Assembly (NCBI GenBank): GCA_038087875.1
Contig: CM075997.1
Coordinates: 5,830,001 to 5,894,000, forward strand
Length of the DNA stretch: 64,000 bases
Reading direction: 5' to 3'
From: Malacoraja senta
Lineage: Eukaryota
Position numbers and translations under genes: made by a program. The notes under the pieces are model-generated. The model saw only the letters and a program-made list of their open reading frames with translations. It was not told where the DNA came from and did no database searches. The stretch's first letter is position 1. Each line of letters starts with the position of its first letter. Below are positions 11,290 to 23,730 of this stretch, one piece after another.

Positions 11290-13370
11290 GGCACAAATGG
11301 TGTGGCACGGTGGCACAAATGGCTCTGACACATAGCAGCGGAAAGGTGTTGTCAAGGAGAGTTCTTGTTATAGGAAAGTTGATATTAAGGAGAACAAATA
11401 GATTCTGTGGTCGTGAGCATGACTATAATAATGTTTCCTCCCTGCTGCCAGTGTTAAGGATGACTCTGAGCAGTTGTAGAACATTCTCAGGGGGAAAGCG
11501 AGCAGCCAGAGGTCACTGGATGCAATGATACTGACGACGTACATGGAATAAAGTGGTAGATCCTGTAGAGTGATTAAAGGCAAAAGGTTAAAAGGCAGTG
11601 CCTCTGGAGTACTCCCTGTGCACGTGCGTGAGTAGGAATAGGAGGACAGCATATATGAATATATGGTTGGTGAATTGGTGCAGGCAGAAAGGATTCCGTT
11701 TCTTGCAACGTTGGGATCTTTGTTGGGCAGATGTGACCTTTACAAGAGGACAGATTGCATCTGAACTGGAGGGGTCCAATACCTTCGCCAGAAGATTTGC
11801 TTGACCTATTCATGAGGGTTTATACTAGTCTAACGGGGTAATGGGACCAAATAGGAGTGAATTAATCAGAAAATTGAAGCAAATGTAGGATTAAACTGGG
11901 CGTCCAGTAGGAAGGCCAGGCAGGGGTAGGGCATGGAGCAAGGAAGGTCGTAGACTAAACTACATTTATTTTAATGCAAGAAGCCTTATGGGTAAGGCAA
12001 ATTAGCTCGGGGCATGGATTTGCACATGGGATTGTGATATTATAGCTATTACAAAAACCTTGCTGAGGGATGGGTAGAACTGGTAGTTCAGTGTTCCAGG
12101 GTACAGATGCCTACGGCGAGATAGAAGTGGAGCTGTGAGATGAGGTAGTGATATTATTTAGAGAGAACCAGCTGCCAGTGCTAGAGGTAGGTACAGTTAC
12201 CACATTTTAAAGACATTCGAAGTTCATGGATAGGTAAGTTTTAGAGGGATTTGGCCAAACACAGGCAAATAGAGCCAGCTGAGGAGACACCTTGATTGGC
12301 ATGGACAAGTTGTACTGGAAGGCAAGTTTCCATGCTGCAAAACTCTATGACTTTCACAAAGTAGTTAGAGAGAATGTTGCTTGACTCGTGAGGCTATATG
12401 GGAAGAACTTAGAAAATGTTTGTGATCACTTTGATGTGATTATACTATAGGTCTCCCATTATTTAGTGTGAATTATAGGAGCAAATATGTAGAGAAATCA
12501 CAGACAGATGGAGAAACAACAGGTTGTAATAGTAGATTATTTTAAATTCCCTAATATTGACTGGCATTGCCATAGTGCTAAGGGAATAAATGAGGCAGAA
12601 TTTGTAAAATGTGTCCAGGAAGGTTTTCTCAAGCAATGTGTAGCCCTGCTAGAGAAGAGGCTAGACTCAAACTCCTCTCAGGAAAGGATGCTGGAAAATG
12701 GCTAAAATGTCGACGGGAAACATAAAATTGTTATGGAAAAAGATAGGACTGGTTCGCATTCCTAAAATTGGGCTAGGCTGATTTGATGGCATTAGACAGG
12801 AACCAGGAGAGGTAATCAGCAGGTAAAGGGCCATCTGGCAAGTAGGAGGCCTTTGAAAATGCCAGTGATGTCCTGTAACATTACTAATGAGTAGGTGTCA
12901 GTGATCGTGAAATGCATAAAGATGGATAAATCCCTGGGATTTGACAAAGGGTAGCCTAGTACATTGTTGGATGCAAGGAAAAAAATGCTGGAGCATGGCA
13001 GAGATTTTTGTACCATCTTTAGCCATGGGTGAGGGACTGAAAGATTGGAGATGGTTAATGTTCTGCGTTTCTGAAGAGCAGGTGAATGCAGACCTGTGAG
13101 CCTTAAATTAGTGGCAGGAAACTTACTGGAGAGAGTTCTGAGAGGAGGGATTTATTTACATTTGGAAAGGCAAGGAGCAATTAGGAATAGTCAGCATAGC
13201 TTTATGCATGAGGAATCGAGTCTCCTGTATTTGCTTGAGGTTCTTGAAGAGGTGACCAAAATAATTGATTAGTGCAAGGCTGAAGACACTGTTTACATTT
13301 GACTTTGCATGCCTTTGACAATGTTCTTCACGGAAGGCCAGTCTGGAAAGTTAGAGCATATGGGATTCAG
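11290..13370 (+). mobile_element. Old degenerate CR1 LINE (ORF1 esterase end plus ORF2 pieces)
   Basis: MNIWLVNWCRQKGFRFLQRWDL and FKFPNIDW...EFVKCVQE fragments; many disablements. Confidence 0.75.
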
Positions 13371-13577
13371 GTTATGTTTATAATTCAGCTCTGTCTGATT
13401 CCTCTTTATTTGCTGCACTGCAAGGAAAATAAATCTAGCCTATTTAAACTCTTCTCATAACTGAAATACTCGATCGCAGACAACATTTTGGTGAATCTCT
13501 TCTGCACCCTTTACAGAGCAATCATGCTATTTCCGTAGAAACAAGGAACTGTAGATGGGTGTGGACGTAGAGTTGGA

Positions 13578-13779
13578 GGGCAGGGGGGATCACAGAGATG
13601 GGGCAGTTAGCGAGTTGGGTGTGGAAGGGCAGGGGGGATCACAGAGATGGGGCAGTTAGCGAGTTGGGTGTGGAAGGGCAGGGGGGATCACAGAGATGGG
13701 GCAGTTAGCGAGTTGGGTGTGGATGGGCAGGGGGGATCACAGAGATGGGGCAGTTAGCGAGTTGGGTGTGGATGGGCAG
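13578..13779 (+). repeat. 49-bp G-rich minisatellite, about 4 copies
   Basis: cacagagatg at 13591, 13640, 13689 and 13738. Confidence 0.95.
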
Positions 13780-14520
13780 GAAGGTTTCGGCCCGAAACGT
13801 TACCTATTTCCTTCGCTCCATAGATGCTGCTGCACCCGCTGAGTTTCTCCAGCATTTTTGTGTACCAAGGAACTGTAGATGTTGTTTTACAAAAAAGGAC
13901 ACAAAGTGCTCGAGTAACTTAGTGGCTCGCAGCATCTCTGGAGGACATGGATAGGTGAGGTTTCAGGTTAGGACCCCTCTTTACTCTGATTAAAGGGAGG
14001 TGGAAAAAGAAAAAGAAAATTGGGTGAGAGGAGGGGCAGGACAAAGCGTGATAGGTAGAGGCAGGCGAGGGGATTTTTTTAAAATGGCAGATGGTTGGAA
14101 CAAAGGCCAGAGATTAAAACCAAAGGTGTGAGACTGAAGGATTGAAGAGTTGCAAATTGTGAAGTCACAGAAAGGAATGTGAGTGTGAAATGTTTTTTTA
14201 AACTTTCTGTACTTGTGACAATCAAAGCTGAACAATAACAATTTTGCTCTTGATAATTTCTTCAGTTGGTAATGAAGCCTAGCATCCCATAGGCCTTCTT
14301 ATTGCCCTATCTACCTGTATTGCCATCTTAAAAAATCTTTGCACATACCTCAAGATACCGCTGTTTCTCAATACTCCCTTGTCACTACCATTTATTGTGT
14401 ACTTCTACTGTCATACTGAATTACTCTGCCGAATTTACTGGTTGCCAAAGGTTTACAGGCATTTTTCTCACTTTTGGCATATCACGTGGCTTCCCAGTCT
14501 GACGCTAAGTTTTTTTTCAG

Positions 14521-14729
14521 GGTTCATTCCTGTGTGTAGCCTGGGACTTTCTCAGATTGGGCGCATTAACCTAGGCCAAGATGTTAGCAGCCTGAGATAC
14601 TTCCCCATCTGTGGTTTACAGGAAGGCTTTGAGCCCTTTGCTGTAAATATGAAACGGGATATCACAATGTGGTTCAGCAAAAGTTTGCCTCAGTTTGTTC
14701 CTGTTCCTGCTGACCATGGCCACGTTGAG
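14521..14729 (+). CDS. RYR1: Ryanodine receptor exon (GFIPVCSLG...[28 protein letters not shown]...DHGHVE)
   Basis: tttttttcag acceptor, gtaagt donor; 209 nt, phase 1 to 0; [10 protein letters not shown] is RYR1-type. Confidence 0.96.
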
Positions 14730-15092
14730 GTAAGTTTGAATAAAATCATACTTGTGTTAAAGTGGTGTCATCTATTATCAATTCAGATCAAGCACTGTTC
14801 CCATTGTAATCTGGTATATTATTTTGAAGCTATACAAAACACAATTAAAACACGAAGATAGACACAAAGCTGGAGTAACTCGGGTAGCATCTCTGGAGAG
14901 AAAGAATGGTTTCGGGTCGAGACCCTTCTTCAATTGAAACACAGCAGATTTGTGCTTCACGTTTTACAACACAAAAAATATTGTACAGATCCATTATTAT
15001 GAAGGTAAAAATATATTGGAAATCCAAAGTAAAAAATGAAATGCTGGCAATCCTCAACCGATCCGGCCTCATCTAAGGACAAAGAAACAATT

Positions 15093-15595
15093 GTTTAAGA
15101 AGAATGCTGGAAAAAATCGGAAGTAGACTAAAAATGCTGGAGAAACTCAGCGGGTGAAGCAGCATTATGGAGAAAAGGAGTAGGCAACCTTTCGGGTTGA
15201 GACCCTTCTCCAGACTGATGTCGGGGGGGGGAGGGAAGAAAGGAAGAGGCGGAGACAGAAGGCTATGTGGGAGAGCTGGGAAGGGGGAGAGGAAAGAGGG
15301 AGAAAGCAAGGACTACCTGAAATTTGAGAAGTCAATGTTCATACCGCTGGGGTGTAAACTACCCAAGCGAAATATGAGGTGCTGCTCCTCCAATTTGCAC
15401 TGGGCCTCACTTTGGCAATGGAGGAGGCCCAGGACAGAAAGGTCAGATTCAGAATGGGAGGGGGAGTTGAAATGCTGGGAGACCGGGAGATCAGGTTGGT
15501 TAGTATGGACCGAAGGGTCTCGACACGAAATGTCGCCTACTCCTTTTCTCCATAGATGCTGCCTCACCCGTTGAGTTTCTCCAGCATTTTTGTGT
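15093..15595. mobile_element. Penelope-like insertion (GIY-YIG C-terminus on minus strand plus inverted end), with 14-bp TSD
   Basis: PDLPVSQHFNSPSH...KLEEQHLIFRLGSLHPSGMN; acaaagaaacaatt at 15079-15092 and 15596-15609. Confidence 0.85.
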
Positions 15596-15619
15596 ACAAA
15601 GAAACAATTATTATGTTTC

Positions 15620-17075
15620 TTTGCAATTAGTTCTAAAAGGGTTGACGGTGGATATGCAATGGAAGGCATTTAAAGACTGCATGGATGAACTACAAAAATT
15701 GTTCATCCCAGTTTGGCAAAAGAATAAATCAGGGAAGGTAGTGCATCCGTGGATAACAAGGGAAATCAGGGATAGTATCAAAGCAAAAGATGATGCGTAC
15801 AAATTAGCCAGAAAAAGCAGCATACCAGATGACTGGGAGAAATTCAGAGACCAGCAGAGGAGGACAAAGGTCTTAATTAGGAAAGGGAAAATAGATTATG
15901 AAAGGAAACTGGCAGGGAACATAAAAACTGACTGCAAAAGTTTTTATAGATATGTGAAGAGAAAGAGATTAGTTAAAACAAATGTAGGTCCCTTGCAGTC
16001 AGAAACAGGTGAATTGATCATGGGGAACAAGGATATGGCGGACCAATTGAATAACTACTTTGGTTCCGTCTTCACTAAGGAAGACATAAATAATCTGCCA
16101 GAAATAGCAGAACTGGCTGGCAAACAGGAAGCAAAGAGTAGGAGTAAACGGGTCCTTTTCACAATGGCAGGCAGTGACTAGTGGGGTACCACAAGGCTCA
16201 GTGCTGGGACCCCAGCTATTTACAATTTATATTAATGAACTGGATGAGGGAATTGAAAGCAACATCTCCAAGTTTGCGGATGACACTAAGCTGGGGGGCA
16301 GTGTTAGCTGTGAGGAGGATGCTAGGAGACTGCAAGGTGACTTGGATAGGCTGGGTGAGTGGGCAAATGTTTGGCAGATGCAGTATAATGTGGATAAATG
16401 TGAGGTTATCCACTTTGGTGGCAAAAACGGGAAGGCAGACTATTATCTAAATGGTGGCCGATTAGGAAATGGGGAGATGCAGCGAGACCTGGGTGTCATG
16501 GTACACCTGGAGTATTGCGTACAGTTTTGGTCTCCAAATCTGAGGAAGGACATTATAGCCATAGAGGGAGTGCAGAGAAGGTTCACCAGACTGATTCCTG
16601 GGATGTCAGGACTTTCATATGAAGAAAGACTGGATAGACTTGGCTTATACTCGCTAGAATTTAGGAGATTGAGAGGGGATCTTATAGAAACGTACAAAAT
16701 TCTTATGGGGTTGGACAGGCTAGATGCAGGAAGATTGTTCCCGATGTTGGGGAAGTCCAGGACAAGGGGTCACAGCTTAAAGATAAGGGGGAAATCCTTT
16801 AAGACCGAGATGAGGAAAAACTTTTTCACACAGAGAGTGGTGAATCTCTGGAACTCTCTGCCACAGAGGGTAGTTGAGGCCAGTTCATTGGCTATATTTA
16901 AGAGGGAGTTAGATGTGGCCCTTGTGGCTAAGGGGATCAGGGGGTATGGAGAGAAGGCAGGTACGGGATACTGATTTGGATGATCAGCCATGATCATATT
17001 GAATGGCGGTGCAGGCTCGAAGGGCCGAATGGCCTACTCCTGCATCTATTTTCTATGTATCTATGTATCTATGTT
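15620..17075 (+). mobile_element. CR1 LINE, 5'-truncated, with two internal deletions
   Basis: [10 protein letters not shown] and [12 protein letters not shown] motifs; ctatgt.t tail; near-identical to 27388-30640 apart from the deletions. Confidence 0.95.
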
Positions 17076-17849
17076 AGCTTGATGAGCTTTTATCAGAACC
17101 AGTGAAAGATTGTGCATCTGAAAAGTATGGGAGTTATGTTGGTTCAATGTACCAGTTAAGAAACTGATGAGATCATATGCGATGGTCAACATTTATTGTG
17201 CATAAATCGATCATTCCACACCTCACAACAATTTTCTGCTAATCAAAGTGTATTAAATTAGCATCTGATGATATTTTCCTGATTACAAATGTCTTTCCAT
17301 AATTTTCTGCAAAGTTGCCTGGATTGGGAAAAGTTTTTTTTTATCCAGAGTGCATGTTTCTTTTTAGCATGAATATTTAAAATCATAAGGGATGAGAAAA
17401 AGATAGTAAATAGCATTTTCACATGAATTAAAAAGTTCTGAATAGTTCTGAACAGATGCAGGGGCAACCTTTTCACTTGGAGTGTTATGAGCCATTGCTA
17501 TTTCTGGTGACTGAAGCAGGGATGCTAACATTTGGATAGGTTATTGGAGTAAAACTGCAGATGCTGGAAACCTGAAATAAAAACAAAATACACTGGAAAC
17601 ACAGCAGGTCAAGGAGAAATAGAATTAGAACTTTGGGTCAGAGATCTCAGGAGTGACAAAATAAGTATGTTAAATTGTAAAGGGGAAGAGGTGGAGCAAA
17701 CAAGAAATATCTGTGATGGGTTGCAGTCCAAAGTTGTCAATTTAACAATTGTTGAAACCAAGCAGAAAGAGACAGGAAATGAAAATCAAACAAAACTATA
17801 GTTCAGCCACCTGTATGCAAAGAAATAAAGAAACCTGGTTACCCTGAAA

Positions 17850-18760
17850 TTGTTCAATTTGGTATAATGTCCCAAGGGTTTCAACATATCTACATGCAAG
17901 ATAATATGCTCTTCCTTCACCAAATAAGAGGTCAGAGTGGAATAGAAAATCAAAATGGAAGATTGTGTCACTCTTGAGTGCAAGTATTCTGCATAACAGC
18001 AAATCTGCGTTTGAGTGCTGTATGCGGCATATAAATTTGGAAGTGCAAGTGAACGGCTGATTCATTTGGAAAAGCTGCTTTGGATGGTTAAAATGATAGG
18101 TGTTACATATCATGTGGTTCCATGAGAAAGTGGATCATGGAGATGCAAGAGTGAAATGGAGTGCAGAGAGGATAGCCTCTTCAGGAAACTGGAAGAGGTA
18201 AGGAGGAATACATTTATTTGGCAGTGGAATCCTTTTGGAGCTGGTGGAAATTATGTGGGTGAAGATGGGGAGTGCTATTTGTTTTCTTCTGCCTAGAAAG
18301 AGATGAGAACAGAATTGTAAGCTCTCAAATGGTAGAGGGAAAGCCAGAGTTCAGAAAGAGGAAAGCATCCTCAAGGCACTCATGTGGAAAGTCCTGTCAT
18401 TGGATGTAACAGAATCAGAGAAAGTGTGAGAGGGGAATGGCGTCTTTGCAGGATTCAGATTGGGAGAGTCTAGTCCACCAGATAGCTGTGGAAGTTCCTA
18501 TCCTGATAATACATTGGTTGCTAATTTATATCTTGAGATGGAAATAGAGATGTCAAGAAAGTGAAGGAAAGAGTCAGATGTGCAGCATATGAAAGCGAAA
18601 CCAAGATGGAAATTAGTAGTAAAAATAATGAATATTTTGGTTCTGTAAGTGTGCAGGAAGCCGTGTCAGTAGTCATCAGTGTACTGTGAAAAGAGCTGAG
18701 GAGATGGTTTGAGTAAAAACTGAAACAAGGACTGTTCCATGTAGCCAATGAAGATGCATG
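17850..18760 (-). mobile_element. Old Penelope-like element, left part (host of DIRS; continues at 24179-24440)
   Basis: Joining the two flanks restores AMGAHMGTGYSCIFIGYMEQ on the minus strand, resembling the Penelope RT motif G.AMG..MGP.YA..F.G..E. Confidence 0.65.
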
Positions 18761-19241
18761 AATAGTAAGATTGAACGAGAACTTACCAGTTTGAAGTTTG
18801 ATCTTTATTTTATGAGGAGTTACGATGAGGGATTACGTGAAGAAGAGCCCGTCCAGCCGCACACGCGTCAATCTTCAAAGCAGCGGTGTGAAATCACAGA
18901 TAATAATTACTGAAGTATGTTAGTAAGATACGTGAAGACTAGAACTACCAGCTTGACCTTTATGAGGGTTGGGAGCGGAGGGCACGTAGTCCCTCATCAT
19001 AACTCCTCATAAAATAAAGATCAAACTTCAAACTGGTAAGTTCTTATTTAATCTTACTATTTTACTTCGGAGTCACGTGAGTGACTACGTGAAGATTTCA
19101 AAGCTCTGTGATTTCACGCCGTAGATTCAAATCCAGGCGTCTCACTGCATTGATTGACTCTAAATAAGTAAAGCAATCATAACCACAACATGGATGCAAC
19201 CAGTTAATGGTTAACTTATCACCACAATAGTAACCCCTTTA

Positions 19242-20219
19242 TCACAAGGGGAAACTTAATACTGAATCCAAAACAGCACCACCAAATAACCACAGGTACT
19301 GTAATCTCCTTTTGGTATACTTGTGAAACATCCTTTCACTTGTCCTGCGGCCGTGAGGATATGGTCTTTTGGAAACATCTAAATCCTTGGCCGCCGATGT
19401 TGATTCCGCCCTGGTGGAAGGAGATTTAAATTTATCAGTATCAATACCTGCATCAAGCAACACCTGCTTCAGCCATCTTGAAATAGTCTGAACCGACACT
19501 TTCTTATGTGGTTATTTATGGCTGATAAAGAATGCTGATACTGCACCTCTTAAGGTTCTGGTGGCTTTAATGTAACATCGTAAATGTGATATTACACATA
19601 GACGTGGATCCGTAGGATATGCTGAAAATGCCAACTTACATCCTGTGACTCCAGGTCTACTTTGTTTAAGCAAATCATAGACATAGAACGTAATAGCATC
19701 TGTTGCTATTTCCATCATGTCTATTCGTAGTTTCTGCAATGTTTGCACTCTCTGTGCTGAAACCAGTGCCCTGAGCATGACTACCTTCATGGTAATTTTG
19801 GACAAGGACAGCGCTGCAATAGGAGTCCATTGACGAAAGAGCATTAGCACCTCTCTTACATTCCAGATTTCTGTATACCTGTGTCTGGGAGGCTTAGAAT
19901 TGAAAATTCCCTTCATAAATCTACAGACCAAAGGGTGTGACCCTACAGGATTTTGTTCTGATTCCCTCCATAGATATGCAGAGAGGGCACTCCTTGCAGT
20001 ATTGATAGCACTATAGCTTAACTGCCAATCAAAATAAAGAGTTGACAGAAACTCTAACACGTCTGAGATGTCTGCAGTGTGATATGTAATATTCTGCCTT
20101 AAGCAAAACACCTCCCATTTCCTTATGTAAGAAATGTACTGCTTCTGGGTACTATCCGTCCAGGTTGCTGCAATAACATCCACAGTACGATCTGATAGTC
20201 CTCTTCCAAGATATGGCAC
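19242..20219 (-). pseudogene. DIRS tyrosine recombinase, frameshifted
   Basis: LSYSAINTARSALS, HPLVCRFMKGIFN, ALVSAQRVQTL, TISRWLKQVL..AGIDT..FKSPSTR (HxxR His replaced by Pro). Confidence 0.88.
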
Positions 20220-20222
20220 TCC

Positions 20223-20633
20223 TTAGAATCTGCAAACCAACAAACCAATACGATTATGTAAAGGATGTGAATCACCAGTTATAGGGTGCACAAACAGGTT
20301 AATTCTGTTTGGGAAAATCATAAGGGGCTTTGAGATCATTTTTAACACCAGAGGGTACCATGGTTGTGTAGACCAATCTGGTACCACCAATACTCCCGAA
20401 GCGGAGTCCTGTTTGATCTTCTGTATACACTGACTAAATGAGGCAAAATGGAGACAATGCATACAAAAACATTTTACCCCAATGCAGCGAGAAACATCCA
20501 CCGCTACTGCCCCAGGATTAGGTTCCCATGACACATATTTAGGTAATTGGTGGTTAAGTCTGGATGCAAACAAGTCAATCTCTGGCATCCCCAACCGTGC
20601 AACAATATTATTAAATTTGTCACGATCCAACAT
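20223..20633 (-). pseudogene. DIRS pol C-terminal methyltransferase-like domain
   Basis: PEIDLFASRLNHQLPKYVSW...LVVPDWSTQPWYP, typical of the DIRS1 pol C-terminus. Confidence 0.8.
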
Positions 20634-21298
20634 CCATTCTGTATTGTCATTGAATTTACGTGACCTTGAACTATTTTGAATCTACCTAGTAGGTAGATTG
20701 CCGAAACCAAATATTTCTGGTAAAACACCAGGTCCAGATAACGTTAGCCAATCTATTCACAAGATTCTGACTTACTACCACTCAAATGATTAACATACGT
20801 TTCTATTCCATAGTGTTGTCAATATGTACCTAAACATGCAAACTTTGCTTATTATAGCAATAAGCTTTAGGCCCATAAAATGTTCCTAAAAACTCTCATA
20901 AAATGTTCCCTTGTTATTGGATCAAAGGTACTTTCTCCACATTCCATCCACCTCCGCAGCTGTAAATAGTATAAGTAGCACCCCAACCTAGAGCACTAAA
21001 ATTAGTCTGTAGAATAATGGAAGGTGTTTCAACCAGGATCTCTCTGGAAACATTTGAGACATTCATGATCAACCATAGTATTCCAGTAATAACTGCAACT
21101 GGCAATTACATGGGCCTGGCAAAATGCCCTGATTGTATCCTCAATGCCTGTACCTTTACTTGCTGTAAATGCTGATAATGCAGCGAACTAAATTGTACAG
21201 CTGGAAATGAGCAATTAGTTTGCAAAGCAGGCTTGCTACCTGCCTAATTGAGGGTTGGTGCTCTGTAATGAGCACCAACCAATTAAATGCAGCCTTTA

Positions 21299-21904
21299 TG
21301 CAGTTGTACAGGGTCTTGGTGAGACCACACCTGGAGTATTGTGTACAGTTTTGGTCTCCTAATCTGAGGAAAGACATTCTTGCCATAGAGGGAGTACAGA
21401 GAAGGTTCACCAGACTGATTCCTGGGATGGCAGGACTTTCATATGAGGAAAGACTGGATAGACTCGGCTTGTACACGTTGGAATTCAGAAGACTGAGGGG
21501 GGATCTTATAGAAACTTACAAAATTCTTAAGGGGTTGGACAGGCTAGATGCAGGAAGATTATTCCCGATGTTGGGGAAGTCCAGAACTAGGGGTCACAGT
21601 TTAAGGATAAGAGGGAAGACCTTTAGGACCGAGATGAGGAAATCATTTTTTACACAGAGGGTGGTGAATCTGTGGAATTCTCTGCCACAGAAGGTAGTTG
21701 AGGCCAGTTCATTGGCTATATTTAAGAGGGAGTTAGATGTGGCCCTTGTGGCTAAAGGGATCAGGGGGTATGGAGAGAAGGCAGGGATGGGATACTGAGT
21801 TGGATGATCAGCCATGATCATATCAAATGGCGGTGCAGGCTCGAAGGGCCAAATGGCCTACTCCTGCACCTATTTTCTATGTTTCTATGTTTCTATGTTT
21901 CTAT
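21299..21904 (+). mobile_element. CR1 LINE 3' fragment nested in the DIRS element
   Basis: QLYRVLVRPHLEYCVQFWSP...; (ctatgttt)n tail. Confidence 0.95.
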
Positions 21905-23469
21905 CCTTGGGCAGAATCACTACCATGTGTTCTGATTTAATAATGAACCCCAAGTAATCAATTACTGTGCTTGGTAATAGTTTGGATTTACCTGGATGGA
22001 TAATAAATCCCAGCCTCACCAAAGTGAGCTTGATTCTTAACAGTGATGGTTCTGTTGTAGCCCGAGTGTTTCCTTCAATCAGAATATATCCAAATAGGCC
22101 ATTACCAAATGGCCCTGAGCTCTTAGTAGTGCTAAGATTGGTTTTAACAATTTGGTAAATAGTCTCAGAGCTGAGGTTAAACCCTAATACAATGCTTTAA
22201 ATTGCCATAATTGACTTATCCAGATAAATTTTAATTATCTATGATTATTACCATGTACAGCCACACAGTAATATGCATCTTTAAGATCTATGCTAGCCAT
22301 AATGCATTTTCTTGAGTTTAGCTGTATAGCATTGGCAAATGTCTCCAAAAACTGTTTTTTATACTGTACAAAAAAGGGTTAAGACTTGTCAGATCTAGAA
22401 TAATTCTACACCCACCATCCTTATTAGCTCTAATAAAAATACTCGGCACAAATTGGTGGTGATGGTGAACTGACTTCTTAATTATCCCTTTTTACACAAT
22501 ATTTCAAGTTCTGCCTGAATCTGCATATTCTCTTCTTTTGAGAAAATATGTGTCCGGTTTGAAATATGCTGAGTAGGCAAATCCAAATATGGGTAGAATT
22601 CAATTCTAAACCCCACAATACTGTACAGTATAAATACATCAGATTGCCATTTTTTTAGGAAGAATTGTAATCTTCCCCAACTTGTAAGTGTAAAACATTA
22701 ATATGTCTCTTACAGCACCAGACCCACCTACCTCAGGGTTTGCCAATGGCAATTGTTATCCCCTGATCTTAGTGGGAATATTGTACCTCCACGTACCTCA
22801 GGAGCAGTGCGCCAATAACGTAAATATGGGAAAGACCGATTTGATCCTTCACTGTCTCCAGTCACCACACGTCGGTAGGGAAAACTGCCTTCGATTTGAT
22901 CTGCCAATCACCGACAACTTCATCGAGGTCTTTTACCTTTTTTTGGCTAGTTTTTTTATTTATTTATTTATTTAAACAAAAAACAGATTTAGGCAATTGA
23001 ATATTAGATGGTTTACAGAGCCCCGCAAACTTAGGGTATATGTTAGGTCTTATAGCACTTTTATAAATACAGTTTATTTCAAAGTGCGCACTACACATGA
23101 GTGCTAAGTCAACCTTGTTGTGATACAGTCACGTGCTCTCCATCCAAACCTCTGGCCAAAGCCGTAATGCCTGAACCAGCAATTTCAACACCCTCTGTCA
23201 TTTTTTCACCGCTGAGACTGCTTGCAGTACTCAATTCTGCGGTTTCATTTTATTTGACAGCTCATGGAGCTGCTGAGAGAGCAAGTAATTTTTTGACATT
23301 GCTAATTTATCTCCCAATGGTTCCCCTGATAGTATTGGAACCACAACATTTTATATATTGTGCCAAACCTGGTCCTTTAGGCTGTTATTGGGCTCTGGTC
23401 CTCATATGATTCGTCATCTGAATCTTTGCTGCGTAAAATAATCCTCCTCATGGAGGGGGCGAACTGGCA

Positions 23470-23730
23470 TCCGGCTTCAGGTGTTTCTAGCGCTGGCTCT
23501 TCCATAGGCCTACGCATAGTAAACCCTTTTCCAGGTGCTCGCCGCGCGGGCTCTCCTGTAGGCCCACGCATAGGCAGCCCTCTTTCAGGTGCTGTTGGCG
23601 CTGGCTCTCTTGTAGGACAACGCTTAAACTGTCTTCCTCCAGACATAGTTGGCGCTGGCTCTCCTCTAGGCCAACGCATAAAATGCCCTTATCCAGGCAT
23701 TGCTCACGCTGGCTCTCCACGCGGACCCGA
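23470..23730 (-). repeat. 54-bp tandem repeat (5 copies) in the DIRS gag-like region
   Basis: cgc(t/g)ggctct at 23491, 23545, 23599, 23653 and 23707; 18-aa EPA repeats on the minus strand. Confidence 0.85.

Noticed and set aside
13578..13779. Regularly spaced repeats resembling a CRISPR array
   Set aside because: Units are contiguous and near-identical with no unique spacers; eukaryotic intron and no cas genes.
19242..20633. Phage-like integrase plus methyltransferase as bacterial transfer or a defence system
   Set aside because: Both are standard DIRS1 retrotransposon domains, bounded here by DIRS termini and disabled.
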